A stretch of 64,000 nucleotides of DNA, from assembly GCA_023205875.1 (NCBI GenBank), contig CP060755.1:806001-870000 (forward strand), given 5' to 3'. The notes beneath the pieces were generated by a model. The model searched no databases. It saw nothing but the letters and a program-made list of their open reading frames with translations, and was not told where the DNA came from. Below are positions 30,849 through 39,756 of this stretch, piece by piece (within the stretch, counting starts at the first letter, position 1; each line of letters opens with the position of its first letter). This DNA comes from Chloropicon primus (lineage: Eukaryota). The translations under genes and the position numbers were made by a program.

Positions 30849-33800
30849 CTATCCCGCATCGTGGAGACTGGAGTAGAGGGGGGACTGGATGATGGTCGTG
30901 ATCTCTCCTTCGTTCGCGGCCGCGATGAAGTCCAGGGACTTCCTCTTCATTTTCGAGTTCCTCTTCGACACCTTTCCTCCGAGGAGAGGGTTGCTCATTT
31001 TCCTTTGCATTGTCTTTTGCCTGTCCCTCATCTTGCTGATCGGGGACTTCGAGGGGGACACTGGCGTCGTGGGCTCGCTCTCCGAGTTCTCCGGAGTCTC
31101 GCAAGACGCGTCGTCCGAAGAGGCGCCACCTCCTTCTTCTTCTTCCCCTCCTCGGCAGCCTTCCGCGCCCCCCTGAATCAGGGGATTTCCCACCACGCTC
31201 GTATCCGGGACGAGTGGATTGATCTTGACAGTCTCCCTTCCTTCCGCGCTGCGGTGATCACCAGAGCCGTCGTCGGGTTGTGGGCCGCCGTCGCCATCTT
31301 TCTTCTGCGACGAGTCCACGCCACTGTCCCCCTTCCCGGCGGCCTTGACTTTATCTGCCAAGCCTTTGGCCTTGAGCATCGCTCTCACCTTCGCGCGCAT
31401 CTCAATGAATTCCTTGTACTTCTTTTCGCGGCGCTCCTTGAACGTGTCCGTCGTCGCTTGTCCGGTCTCGCTTCCCTTCGGCTCGACCTTCACTGCTTCT
31501 CCCATCACCAGGGCGTTACCCGAAGCCTCGCTGGCCTCTGCGTTCCGGCCACTTGCGTGCGAGTCCAAGGGAAGGTTTGGATTCTCGGCTTGTTCGACTT
31601 CAACTTGGGCTTGAGCGGATAGCTGTGCTTGAATCGCTTTCTTCTCCCTGTCCCTCTTCTTCCGCCTTTGCTTTTGGCGCTTCCTCTTCTCCCTCTTCTT
31701 CATCTTCGCCGCCTCTTCCGGCGGTGTCATGCCGCCAGCACCTGCTTCCACCTCATGCGTTGGACTTCCGTCTCCTTCTCCCTCTCCCTCTTCGATTGGC
31801 GGCGGCTCTTCTTCTTTGGCTGTAACGTCTGCGCGGGGGTTATCTGAAACCAACTCCAACTGCTTGTCTTCCTCCTCACTCGGGTCTACAAGTTGATGCG
31901 CATCGTCATCGTCATGACAGCCCTCGGAGGTCTTTCTCGGAGGCACTGTGGCGCCGCCACCACGAGTTTTAGGGGCAACAGGTGACAATGAAAGTCGCCT
32001 TACACGGCGTTGCATCAGCTTGGCATAAACTTCGTCCTCAAAACTCATTGGTGGTTGGTCGCTCGTTCCATCACCATCTCCAGGCTTTGGGCCCTCGCTC
32101 GGTTTCTCTACTGGCGCTGGCGATTCCACCAACTCGGGAGCGGCCTCCCCTTCCTCTTCCTCTTTCTCCTTTTCTTGGCCTTCCGCTTCACTTTCCCCAG
32201 AGTCGCGCTCTGACTCAAAGGAGGGGGGCGAGAACGGGTTGCAGGCTGCTTCAGTAGAAGGAACAGGTTGTGCTTCGGCTTCACTTTCTGTTCGCAATTC
32301 GTCCTCCACTTCCTCATGCCCTTGGTGATGATTATTCTCGTTTTTGTCAGCTGCCTGACTCGTGAATTGAAAAGGCCTTGGTGATTGCGGTTCGTCCTCC
32401 TTTGGCAAAGTTTTGGGGTCCACCGGATCCTCATCAAGTGTTTTGCCCTTCACCTCCTTGTGAAGGTCCATGCCTTGGAATATCTTTTCCAGGGAATTCA
32501 ATTCGTGCAAATGAGCAGCATCTTTCGTGTCTTTCAACCGCCTCCCATCAGCAGAATCAAATGACAACTTTCTCTTCCTGGGACTGACTGGAACATAGGC
32601 ATGCCTGTTGCCATGCCATGGCGGCCCGGCAACTTCCTTTGCCCCCTCCTTGAAATCGCAGTCCTCCTTTTTAGGCCCTGCAAACACTGCTGGATCGGGA
32701 CCAAATAAGTATTTGAACGGCTGAAGCTTTGGAGCAGCAACAGCAGGCTTTTTATGCAAAGAAGGGCTTACATTCGAATCCGGCGATTGGAATACAAATG
32801 CATTCGTTGTAGAATTGGAATTCATGCCACTCCCAAGGTCCTTTGCAGACCTTTTCTCTTCATCAACAGACTCCTGGTCCTCTTCCACTGGATCGCGATC
32901 GGTTTGGCAATCCATGTCCCGACCAGGTGTCTGAGGAGGCTCTGCAGCAGTCGACACATCATCTGTTCGAGTTTCCTGGTTCACCACTGACTCTTCCACT
33001 GGATCGCGATCGGTTTGGCAATCCATGTCCCGACCAGGTGTCTGAGGAGGCTCTGCAGCAGTCGAAACATCATCTGTTCGAGTTTCCTGATTCTCCACTG
33101 GCTCTTCCACTGGATCGGTTTGGCAATCCATGTCCCGACCAGGTGTCTGAGGAGGCTCTGCAGCAGTCGACACATCATCTGTTCGAGTTTCCTGATTCTC
33201 CACTGGCTCTTCCACTGGATCGGTTTGGCAATCCATGTCCCGACCAGGTGTCTGAGGAGGCTCTGCAGCAGTCGACACATCATCTGTTCGAGTTTCCTGA
33301 TTCTCCACCGGCTCTTCCACTGGATCGGTTTGGCAATCCATGTCCCGACCAGGTGTCTGAGGAGGCTCTGCAGCAGTCGACACATCATCTGTTCGAGTTT
33401 CCTGGTTCTCCACTGGCTCTTCCACTGGATCGGTTTGGCAATCCATGTCCCGACCAGGTGTCTGAGGAGGCTCTGCAGCAGTCGACACATCATCTGTTCG
33501 AGTTTCCTGATTCTCCACCGGCTCTTCCACTGGATCGGTTTGGCAATCCATGTCCCGACCAGGTGTCTGAGGAGGCTCTGCAGCAGTCGACACATCATCT
33601 GTTCGAGTTTCCTGGTTCTCCACTGGCTCTTCCACTGGATCGCGATCGGTTTGGCAATCCATGTCCCGACCAGGTGTCTGAGGAGGCTCTGCAGCAGTCG
33701 ACACATCATCTGTTCGAGTTTCCTGATTCTCCACTGGCTCTTCCACTGGATCGCGATCGGTTTGGCAATCCATGTCCCGACCAGGTGTCTGAGGAGGCTC

Positions 33801-35441
33801 TGCAGCAGTCGACACATCATCTGTTCGAGTTTCCTGGTTCACCACTGGCTCTTCCACTGGATCGGTTTGGCAATCCATGTCCCGACCAGGTGTCTGAGGA
33901 GGCTCTGCAGCAGTCGACACATCATCTGTTCGAGTTTCCTGATTCTCCACCGGCTCTTCCACTGGATCGGTTTGGCAATCCATGTCCCGACCAGGTGTCT
34001 GAGGAGGCTCTGCAGCAGTCGAAACATCATCTGTTCGAGTTTCCTGATTCTCCACTGGCTCTTCCACTGGATCGGTTTGGCAATCCATGTCCCGACCAGG
34101 TGTCTGAGGAGGCTCTGCAGCAGTCGACACATCATCTGTTCGAGTTTCCTGGTTCTCCACTGGCTCTTCCACTGGATCGGTTTGGCAATCCATGTCCCGA
34201 CCAGGTGTCTGAGGAGGCTCTGCAGCAGTCGACACATCATCTGTTCGAGTTTCCTGGTTCACCACCGGCTCTTCCACTGGATCGGTTTGGCAATCCATGT
34301 CCCGACCAGGTGTCCGAGGAGTCATTCCAATGTCATCCTCGCCTCGGTGTACGAATACGAAGTCAGATATCGACCTGTCTTCGCTTTCTGAATGGGAAAC
34401 CTCCTTGGCTGTGCGCCTTCCGCCTGTGTAAGCAGCATCGTAATCAAATGGCTGGTGTGTCGTCCTCTGGTCGTGATACCTGATCTTGCCACCATGACGT
34501 CCAGGAGAAGCCCGCGAATGCGTCCTAGACTGCGTTGAGACTTCATTCCTCCCGGGGGTCCGACGGCTGGATGGATAGAAAGTGTCTCCCTCTCGAAGAG
34601 GCTGCCCTCTTAGAAGTTCCTCTTGGTCTCGAATCAAATTGGAAAGAACTACGTTGCGCTCAACCTCCATTGCGTGAAGACGGTTCCGCAGCGTTTCATT
34701 CTCAGCTGTAGATATCATGGCAGCTGACCTGGCCTGCGCTAACCTTACGCAGAGCTCCTGCCTGGTCTGTCTCGTCCCAAGGATGTCCTCAAGCACAGAG
34801 TGTTGGAGCTTTTCGGTGTTGTTATATCTCCTGGCTTCTTGCGGACCCGATAACCCAGAAGTGTGCCTTGCAATCTCGTTCTGAAGAACCTCGTTCCTGT
34901 GGATGTGATCCTGCAGCTCGGCATCTGCTCGCAAGTAGTCCTCTACCAAGAACATGTTCTCAAGGTCGTTCGTGACGAGTTCCACGTCACGCTTCACCTT
35001 CCTGTGACTGGCAATTTCCTCTTGAAAGACTTCAGAGAGCTCCTCCGCGTACCTTTCCATATCCAGACTCACCTGGCCCAAAACACTAGGGCTCCCACCG
35101 CCAAACGTGTAGGACCGAAGCTTTGTCGAAGCCTGTGACGGGGTGTGGTACTCCCGCGACGGCGTGGACCCCGGCATCTCGTGGGCAACTCGTGGCCGGG
35201 GAGGTGGACCTGAGTAGGAAGGAAAACCAGGGTCACTAGGAGCCTCTTGTTCAAAGAGAGTCGAAGCAGCCTTGGACCCGAGCTTCCGCATGAGCAAGCT
35301 CTTCATCACCAGGAGGATCCGAAGGGCGGAATCTTTCTGCTCGTTCAAGCGTGTCAGCCTGTGAAGCTCGTTCTCAGACCTCTGAAGCCTCGAGGTCAGG
35401 GACGCCTCGACTGCGAAGCTCCGGCGTCTCTCCCTCTCCAT
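30849..35441 (-). CDS. 1530-aa largely disordered protein with an N-terminal coiled coil, 14 tandem 35/37-aa repeats and a basic NLS-like segment
   Basis: Single uninterrupted ATG-initiated ORF. Repeat unit TPGRDMDCQTD(RD)PVEEPVENQETRTDDVSTAAEPPQ. TGTAA on the minus strand at 30796-30800. No recognisable domain. Confidence 0.8.
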   Translation of the reverse strand: MERERRRSFAVEASLTSRLQRSENELHRLTRLNEQKDSALRILLVMKSLLMRKLGSKAASTLFEQEAPSDPGFPSYSGPPPRPRVAHEMPGSTPSREYHTPSQASTKLRSYTFGGGSPSVLGQVSLDMERYAEELSEVFQEEIASHRKVKRDVELVTNDLENMFLVEDYLRADAELQDHIHRNEVLQNEIARHTSGLSGPQEARRYNNTEKLQHSVLEDILGTRQTRQELCVRLAQARSAAMISTAENETLRNRLHAMEVERNVVLSNLIRDQEELLRGQPLREGDTFYPSSRRTPGRNEVSTQSRTHSRASPGRHGGKIRYHDQRTTHQPFDYDAAYTGGRRTAKEVSHSESEDRSISDFVFVHRGEDDIGMTPRTPGRDMDCQTDPVEEPVVNQETRTDDVSTAAEPPQTPGRDMDCQTDPVEEPVENQETRTDDVSTAAEPPQTPGRDMDCQTDPVEEPVENQETRTDDVSTAAEPPQTPGRDMDCQTDPVEEPVENQETRTDDVSTAAEPPQTPGRDMDCQTDPVEEPVVNQETRTDDVSTAAEPPQTPGRDMDCQTDRDPVEEPVENQETRTDDVSTAAEPPQTPGRDMDCQTDRDPVEEPVENQETRTDDVSTAAEPPQTPGRDMDCQTDPVEEPVENQETRTDDVSTAAEPPQTPGRDMDCQTDPVEEPVENQETRTDDVSTAAEPPQTPGRDMDCQTDPVEEPVENQETRTDDVSTAAEPPQTPGRDMDCQTDPVEEPVENQETRTDDVSTAAEPPQTPGRDMDCQTDPVEEPVENQETRTDDVSTAAEPPQTPGRDMDCQTDRDPVEESVVNQETRTDDVSTAAEPPQTPGRDMDCQTDRDPVEEDQESVDEEKRSAKDLGSGMNSNSTTNAFVFQSPDSNVSPSLHKKPAVAAPKLQPFKYLFGPDPAVFAGPKKEDCDFKEGAKEVAGPPWHGNRHAYVPVSPRKRKLSFDSADGRRLKDTKDAAHLHELNSLEKIFQGMDLHKEVKGKTLDEDPVDPKTLPKEDEPQSPRPFQFTSQAADKNENNHHQGHEEVEDELRTESEAEAQPVPSTEAACNPFSPPSFESERDSGESEAEGQEKEKEEEEGEAAPELVESPAPVEKPSEGPKPGDGDGTSDQPPMSFEDEVYAKLMQRRVRRLSLSPVAPKTRGGGATVPPRKTSEGCHDDDDAHQLVDPSEEEDKQLELVSDNPRADVTAKEEEPPPIEEGEGEGDGSPTHEVEAGAGGMTPPEEAAKMKKREKRKRQKQRRKKRDREKKAIQAQLSAQAQVEVEQAENPNLPLDSHASGRNAEASEASGNALVMGEAVKVEPKGSETGQATTDTFKERREKKYKEFIEMRAKVRAMLKAKGLADKVKAAGKGDSGVDSSQKKDGDGGPQPDDGSGDHRSAEGRETVKINPLVPDTSVVGNPLIQGGAEGCRGGEEEEGGGASSDDASCETPENSESEPTTPVSPSKSPISKMRDRQKTMQRKMSNPLLGGKVSKRNSKMKRKSLDFIAAANEGEITTIIQSPLYSSLHDAG
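32880..34320. repeat. Coding tandem repeat, 105-bp unit (some 111 bp), ~14 copies
   Basis: GGATCGGTTTGGCAATCCATGTCCCGACCAGGTGTC occurs 14 times. Some units carry a 6-bp GATCGC insertion. There are few substitutions. Confidence 0.97.
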
Positions 35442-35721
35442 TCTGTCCGTAGTCTCGCGCCCCTGGCCCTACTGCTTGGAATAGCGAACGCGGATCACCG
35501 CACCGGGCCTCTGCTCCTCGTCGCACCCATCCTCGCAAGAGTCTCGCTCGCTTCACCTCCTCCTCCTGCCTCGACGAAGGCGATTTTTGGCCATTTTTCT
35601 TGGAAGGAAAATCGTAAAATGTTAAGTAACGGTTCGATGACAGAGGGGAGGACAAGACAAGGACAACAACAACACACGGCGAGCTAGGTTGATAGCCTTG
35701 GGGTGTGAAAGGGTAAGTGTA

Positions 35722-38223
35722 TTACTGATTCATTATGTCCGAGGAGACTTCTGAGAGCTTTCCCCCCATCTGCTTTGCCTTCGAGACCAAGGTCTCCAGC
35801 CCAAGGTCACGCGCTAGCCCTTTCAAGGAGGGGTCGTTGTGGAGGAGCGTCCCGATTCCAACCAAGGCCCGGAACGATGAGTCTATGTCCAAGCTGTCCA
35901 AGGTCTCCGAGGCTGCTTGCAAGAGATACGACGTGAGCAGGGTGCCGTCGATCACGACCTTGGTTTCGTCCTTCGCCAGCACGGCGCAGTTCAATAGGAA
36001 AGTTGCCCACGCCAATCTGACTCCCTTGGTCTTGGACTTGCAGCTTTCGGCCATACGATTTGCGATTTCGATCCACAGGGGGCCGGGGCTCGCAGCGCCC
36101 ATCGCATTTGTCACCATGCGAAGCACGGTTAACTCTATCCCCTTTGCCCTTGGCTCGTCTGATGAGAGCGAAGTGACGAACCCCTCCAGAGCCTCCTGCG
36201 CCTCCTCCAAGAGGACGCCCGAATCTTCGGCAAGCATGACGATCCTGAGGATGTCGAAGATGGGAAAGACGTGGTCCTTCTCCCACGAAAAGGCCAACCC
36301 AAGTGCCTCAGTCAGCGTGGAGACATCAAGCCCTCCCTTGACCAGAGATTGGTGTTGCAGGCCAAGGTCAACGGCCTTGTCAAAACACTGGAAATGCTTC
36401 TCGCTCAATTGGCTGGCAGGTGTCGCTGCTGAATTGAACTCCCTGATCTTGCCCAGCATGGCCTCTTTCTTGCACTGCTCAAACCGGAGGCAAGTGTTGA
36501 GGGGCACGTGATGCGCTACAGAAGCTTGGTTCCTCGCATAAGGGTCTACGTTGGCGGTGACGTCCATGGGAACTGCAGCAGTTGCGTTGGACTGGCCCGT
36601 GTTCTGTATGATGAACTGAACCACTTGCTCTCTGTAGGACGCCGGAAGGTTTTGGGCCAGAAGGAACCTGTCTGCAGCCTCATAGGGATTCTCCCCCTTG
36701 TTGTAAGGCAGTTTCAGAGGAGGAACCCCGTCCTGGACATCAACGTCAAAGACGTAGTCATAGTGTTCCCCGTCGACCATCTTGTCAGGAGCCACCATGG
36801 ACGATGTCCCCGTCGCTGGAGCGTCATCAGGGTTCGCCACAACCTCACCGACGCGTTCCCACTGGAGAGAAATCACGCTCCATTGGAATGCGTATACCTT
36901 GCCGTCCACGTCCCTCACGGTCTTGAGCTGGCCGTCCTTTCCACCTGGCTGCTTCAGAGCCGACATCTCTTCCACTTTCAGGCCTTGCGGGGAAAACCCT
37001 TGCGCGGCATCTTGAGCTTTTGACGCGCTTGCTTGCCTTTCTGACACCGCGGCATCGAACGCCGCGATCAGATTCTCGTCCAAGAGCTCGCTACCCACAT
37101 CGTGGCCGAAGACTCTCACAACTCCGTCGGACGTTCCGGTGACCAAGAGAGGCAAAGGAGAAACTTGACTTGGAATCCATTCCGCGGTCCAGGTGCAGCC
37201 AGGCATCTCCAAGACTTGCAGGCACTGACCCGATTCGTTGTCCCAAACCCTGCAAGTGCTGTCTTCGCTGGCCGAAACGGCCAGGATCCCCGCGGCAGTG
37301 CTTGCTACTTTGACGTCGTAGACGAGAGCGTTGTGCCCGACAAAAACTTTGTTGGCGCCGCCGCTTGCCCCCCAGCTCCTCACGGTAGTGTCGTGGGAGG
37401 CAGAGAAGAAGCCGACCCCATCGGGAACTTGGGCCAGAGATCTCACCGTATCCGTGTGCTCCTTCTTCACCTCCGCGCAGACGAAGCTTCCCGAGCCACC
37501 CGTCCTCTTCCAAAGCCTGATCGACGAGTCTCCGGACCCCGAGACGAGCGTCCCATCCGTCAGCTCGCACAGGCACAATAAGGGCCCCTCGTGGTCCGAC
37601 AGCTCCTGGAGCGGCTTCTCTTGCTCGGCCTCCACGTCGTCCTTGCCGACTCTCCAGATCCTCACAGCCCCGTCCAGGGATGCCGTCGCGACTGTCAAGG
37701 CATCCTTGGACCCCTCCCCCGCATTCCTGAGCACGAGGGCGGCGGTGACTTGGTACCTGTGACCCCTTAACACCGCCACGCACTCGCTCCCGACAAACTC
37801 TTTCTCCTTGTCCGTCGTCGTCGTGTTGGCCGAGGAGGAGGCCGAGGAGGAGGAGGTGATGATCTGCGGAGTGGTCTTGTATCCGAGGCGCCACACGCGA
37901 GCGGTCTTGTCCCGTGACGCCGTCGCGAGGATGACCGTCTCCTTGCCCTCTCTATCGATCCCCCTCGCCCCTTCCTGACAAGTCACTCCCGTGACGTAGT
38001 CCTCGTGTCCCACCACAATGCACTCGCACTCGTTGCCTCGATCGTTCGCACTGCATCCGGTGCGCCAGACCCTCACGGACTTATCTCTCGAAGCGGAGGC
38101 GACACGGAACTCGTTCTTCGCCCCTTGGCCATTGCCGCCCACTCGAGCCACGCCTCTGACGTCCTCCTCGTGGCCACGGAGCTCCTGGAAGAGCTTGAAC
38201 TCGCAGCAAGCGGACGCCTCCAT
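35722..38223 (-). CDS. PLAA: PLAA/Doa1/Ufd3 ubiquitin adaptor (WD40-PFU-PUL)
   Basis: 'LRGHEEDVRGV' WD40 repeats, PFU domain 'YDYVFDVDV..PPLKLPYN..NPYEAADRFL', and PUL-type C-terminus 'FPIFDILR..FRALVGIGTL'. Confidence 0.93.
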   Translation of the reverse strand: MEASACCEFKLFQELRGHEEDVRGVARVGGNGQGAKNEFRVASASRDKSVRVWRTGCSANDRGNECECIVVGHEDYVTGVTCQEGARGIDREGKETVILATASRDKTARVWRLGYKTTPQIITSSSSASSSANTTTTDKEKEFVGSECVAVLRGHRYQVTAALVLRNAGEGSKDALTVATASLDGAVRIWRVGKDDVEAEQEKPLQELSDHEGPLLCLCELTDGTLVSGSGDSSIRLWKRTGGSGSFVCAEVKKEHTDTVRSLAQVPDGVGFFSASHDTTVRSWGASGGANKVFVGHNALVYDVKVASTAAGILAVSASEDSTCRVWDNESGQCLQVLEMPGCTWTAEWIPSQVSPLPLLVTGTSDGVVRVFGHDVGSELLDENLIAAFDAAVSERQASASKAQDAAQGFSPQGLKVEEMSALKQPGGKDGQLKTVRDVDGKVYAFQWSVISLQWERVGEVVANPDDAPATGTSSMVAPDKMVDGEHYDYVFDVDVQDGVPPLKLPYNKGENPYEAADRFLLAQNLPASYREQVVQFIIQNTGQSNATAAVPMDVTANVDPYARNQASVAHHVPLNTCLRFEQCKKEAMLGKIREFNSAATPASQLSEKHFQCFDKAVDLGLQHQSLVKGGLDVSTLTEALGLAFSWEKDHVFPIFDILRIVMLAEDSGVLLEEAQEALEGFVTSLSSDEPRAKGIELTVLRMVTNAMGAASPGPLWIEIANRMAESCKSKTKGVRLAWATFLLNCAVLAKDETKVVIDGTLLTSYLLQAASETLDSLDIDSSFRALVGIGTLLHNDPSLKGLARDLGLETLVSKAKQMGGKLSEVSSDIMNQ

Positions 38224-38472
38224 CGTGGCCGCTTTTGCTCGAAGCTCCTCCGAGGAAGAGGAGGGGAGAGGGGACTTGGAGAGGAGAGAGATGGAGATGG
38301 GGAGAAGAGGGGTGTGGATCAACACAATGGGCTGACGGGTGTGTTGCCCTTCGAGATCTAGGGCCTCAATCCCAAGGAAGGTTGACCGTATGACACGTGT
38401 ATCATTAGTGCCCAAGTACAAGAAGGGTGTGTTATCGAAGGAAAGCGTTTAACTTTTTTGCACGTTCTGCTG

Positions 38473-39312
38473 TCACTCCCCAAAGGCCGGTTGGTTCTTG
38501 ATGGCTTCCTGGGGCGGGAGTCGTTTCCCGTCTCCCAAGTTGGACCGCCTCGGGTCGATCATGAACTGGTTCTCCGCCTCTTCGCTGTGGTACACGCAAG
38601 ACACCTCTGGCTTCTCGTCCAGGGCGCCGACGTAAGCAAAGGTGTTCATCCCCTTCCTGCACACGTCTGCTTCGGACCGGGTCACCAGGTTGCGCTTCTC
38701 GAGCTCCTGCACGTTGGCCTGCCTCAGAACGCAGCCGGGCTTCACCTCCGGGGACGTGACGTAGACGTTGAAAGGGTTGAAGGACACGAAGATTCTCTGG
38801 TCGAAGACCATGGAACTGTAACCATTCGCAACGCAGACTGCGCTGGAGGGGGACTTCCTGTCCACTATCTCTGTGCTCGCCACATTGTTTGGCTGAAAGT
38901 TCGCCTCCCCGTTGAGCCAGGCCCCGAACGCGATGCCGAAAACGAAGGAACCCGCAAGGAGAGCCTTGGTCACGCCACTCATCTCATCGCCCCACCACGA
39001 CGAGCTGGAGGCAGTCGAAGCGCCCCCACCGCCGCCGAGGTCCCCCCGGTCGTAGCTTCCGTCCCTCCTCGAGTCTCGGAACGAGTCCTGGGCCCTTGCC
39101 CTCTTGAAAGCGTCTCTCTCGTACGAAACGTTTCCACCTCCCGAACTCCCCCCCCCCTCTCGCCCCCGCCCCTTCGCTCTGCACGACACCCTCGCCTCCT
39201 GCTCCCTCCTCCTGCTCCCTCTCGCCCCTCCCCTCTCGCTCCTCTGCCTCCTGACCCTCCTCTCCGCCCCTATTCCCCCACCGCTCAGCCCAAGACCTCT
39301 CACCATTCCCAT
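38473..39312 (-). CDS. DUF3172 family protein (cyanobacterial/plastid), transit peptide
   Basis: 'NVASTEIVDRKSPSSAVC..GYSSMVFDQRIFVSFNPFNVYVTSPEVKPGCVLR..C..GMNTFAYVGAL', preceded by one TM helix. Confidence 0.82.
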   Translation of the reverse strand: MGMVRGLGLSGGGIGAERRVRRQRSERGGARGSRRREQEARVSCRAKGRGREGGGSSGGGNVSYERDAFKRARAQDSFRDSRRDGSYDRGDLGGGGGASTASSSSWWGDEMSGVTKALLAGSFVFGIAFGAWLNGEANFQPNNVASTEIVDRKSPSSAVCVANGYSSMVFDQRIFVSFNPFNVYVTSPEVKPGCVLRQANVQELEKRNLVTRSEADVCRKGMNTFAYVGALDEKPEVSCVYHSEEAENQFMIDPRRSNLGDGKRLPPQEAIKNQPAFGE

Positions 39313-39331
39313 GGACTTGGAAACGGACACC

Positions 39332-39566
39332 ACCAATGCCTATGTCCTCCTCCTCTGATGGCCGAGGACAACCCAACCACGACAACACGAAGCAGCAGGA
39401 GGAACGCGAACCCTTCCGGCTGAGCACAGGATCACACCACGTAACGCACCACGCACCACGCAACGCCCTGGACTCGAACTCGACTCGAACGCCAGACCAA
39501 TGCCTTTGCCCTCCTCCTCCTGTCCTCCTCTGATGGCCGAGGACAACGCAAAGCAAGCAGGAGGAA
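39332..39566. repeat. Degenerate direct duplication in a divergent promoter
   Basis: ACCAATGCCT...TCCTCCTCTGATGGCCGAGGACAAC...AGCAGGAGGAA starts at 39332 and 39496. Confidence 0.8.
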
Positions 39567-39675
39567 GGGCAGTGGAGTAGTGGTGAGAGGAGGGGTGAGA
39601 GAGGAGGGGTGAGAGAGAGGAGAGAGGAAGGGGGAGGGTGGGAGGAAGAAGTCAGTGGCTGGTGCATTTACTGCT

Positions 39676-39698
39676 CTTTCGATAGAGCCGTCGCTCGA
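39676..39698 (+). promoter_or_regulatory. Representative copy of the recurring upstream motif CTTTCGA(A/T)(A/C)G(A/T)GCCGTC(GCTCGA)
   Basis: Related copies at 1314-1328(-), 4835-4849(-), 5195-5217(+), 12662-12678(-), 17244-17255(+) and 42074-42096(+), each upstream of and co-oriented with a gene. Confidence 0.6.
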
Positions 39699-39756
39699 AG
39701 GGAGAGGCGTTCGGGGGGAGGTTTGAGGACGCGGAAGAGAGAGAGAGGGAAGGGAG

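Noticed and set aside
32880..34320. CRISPR-like regular array
   Set aside because: Units are contiguous and near-identical with no unique spacers, lengths are multiples of 3 within a long ORF, there are no cas genes, and the context is eukaryotic.
32843..34483. Long plus-strand ORFs (546 and 458 aa) over the repeat
   Set aside because: A stop-free 105-bp unit propagates open frames automatically, and both ORFs end at about the array edges.
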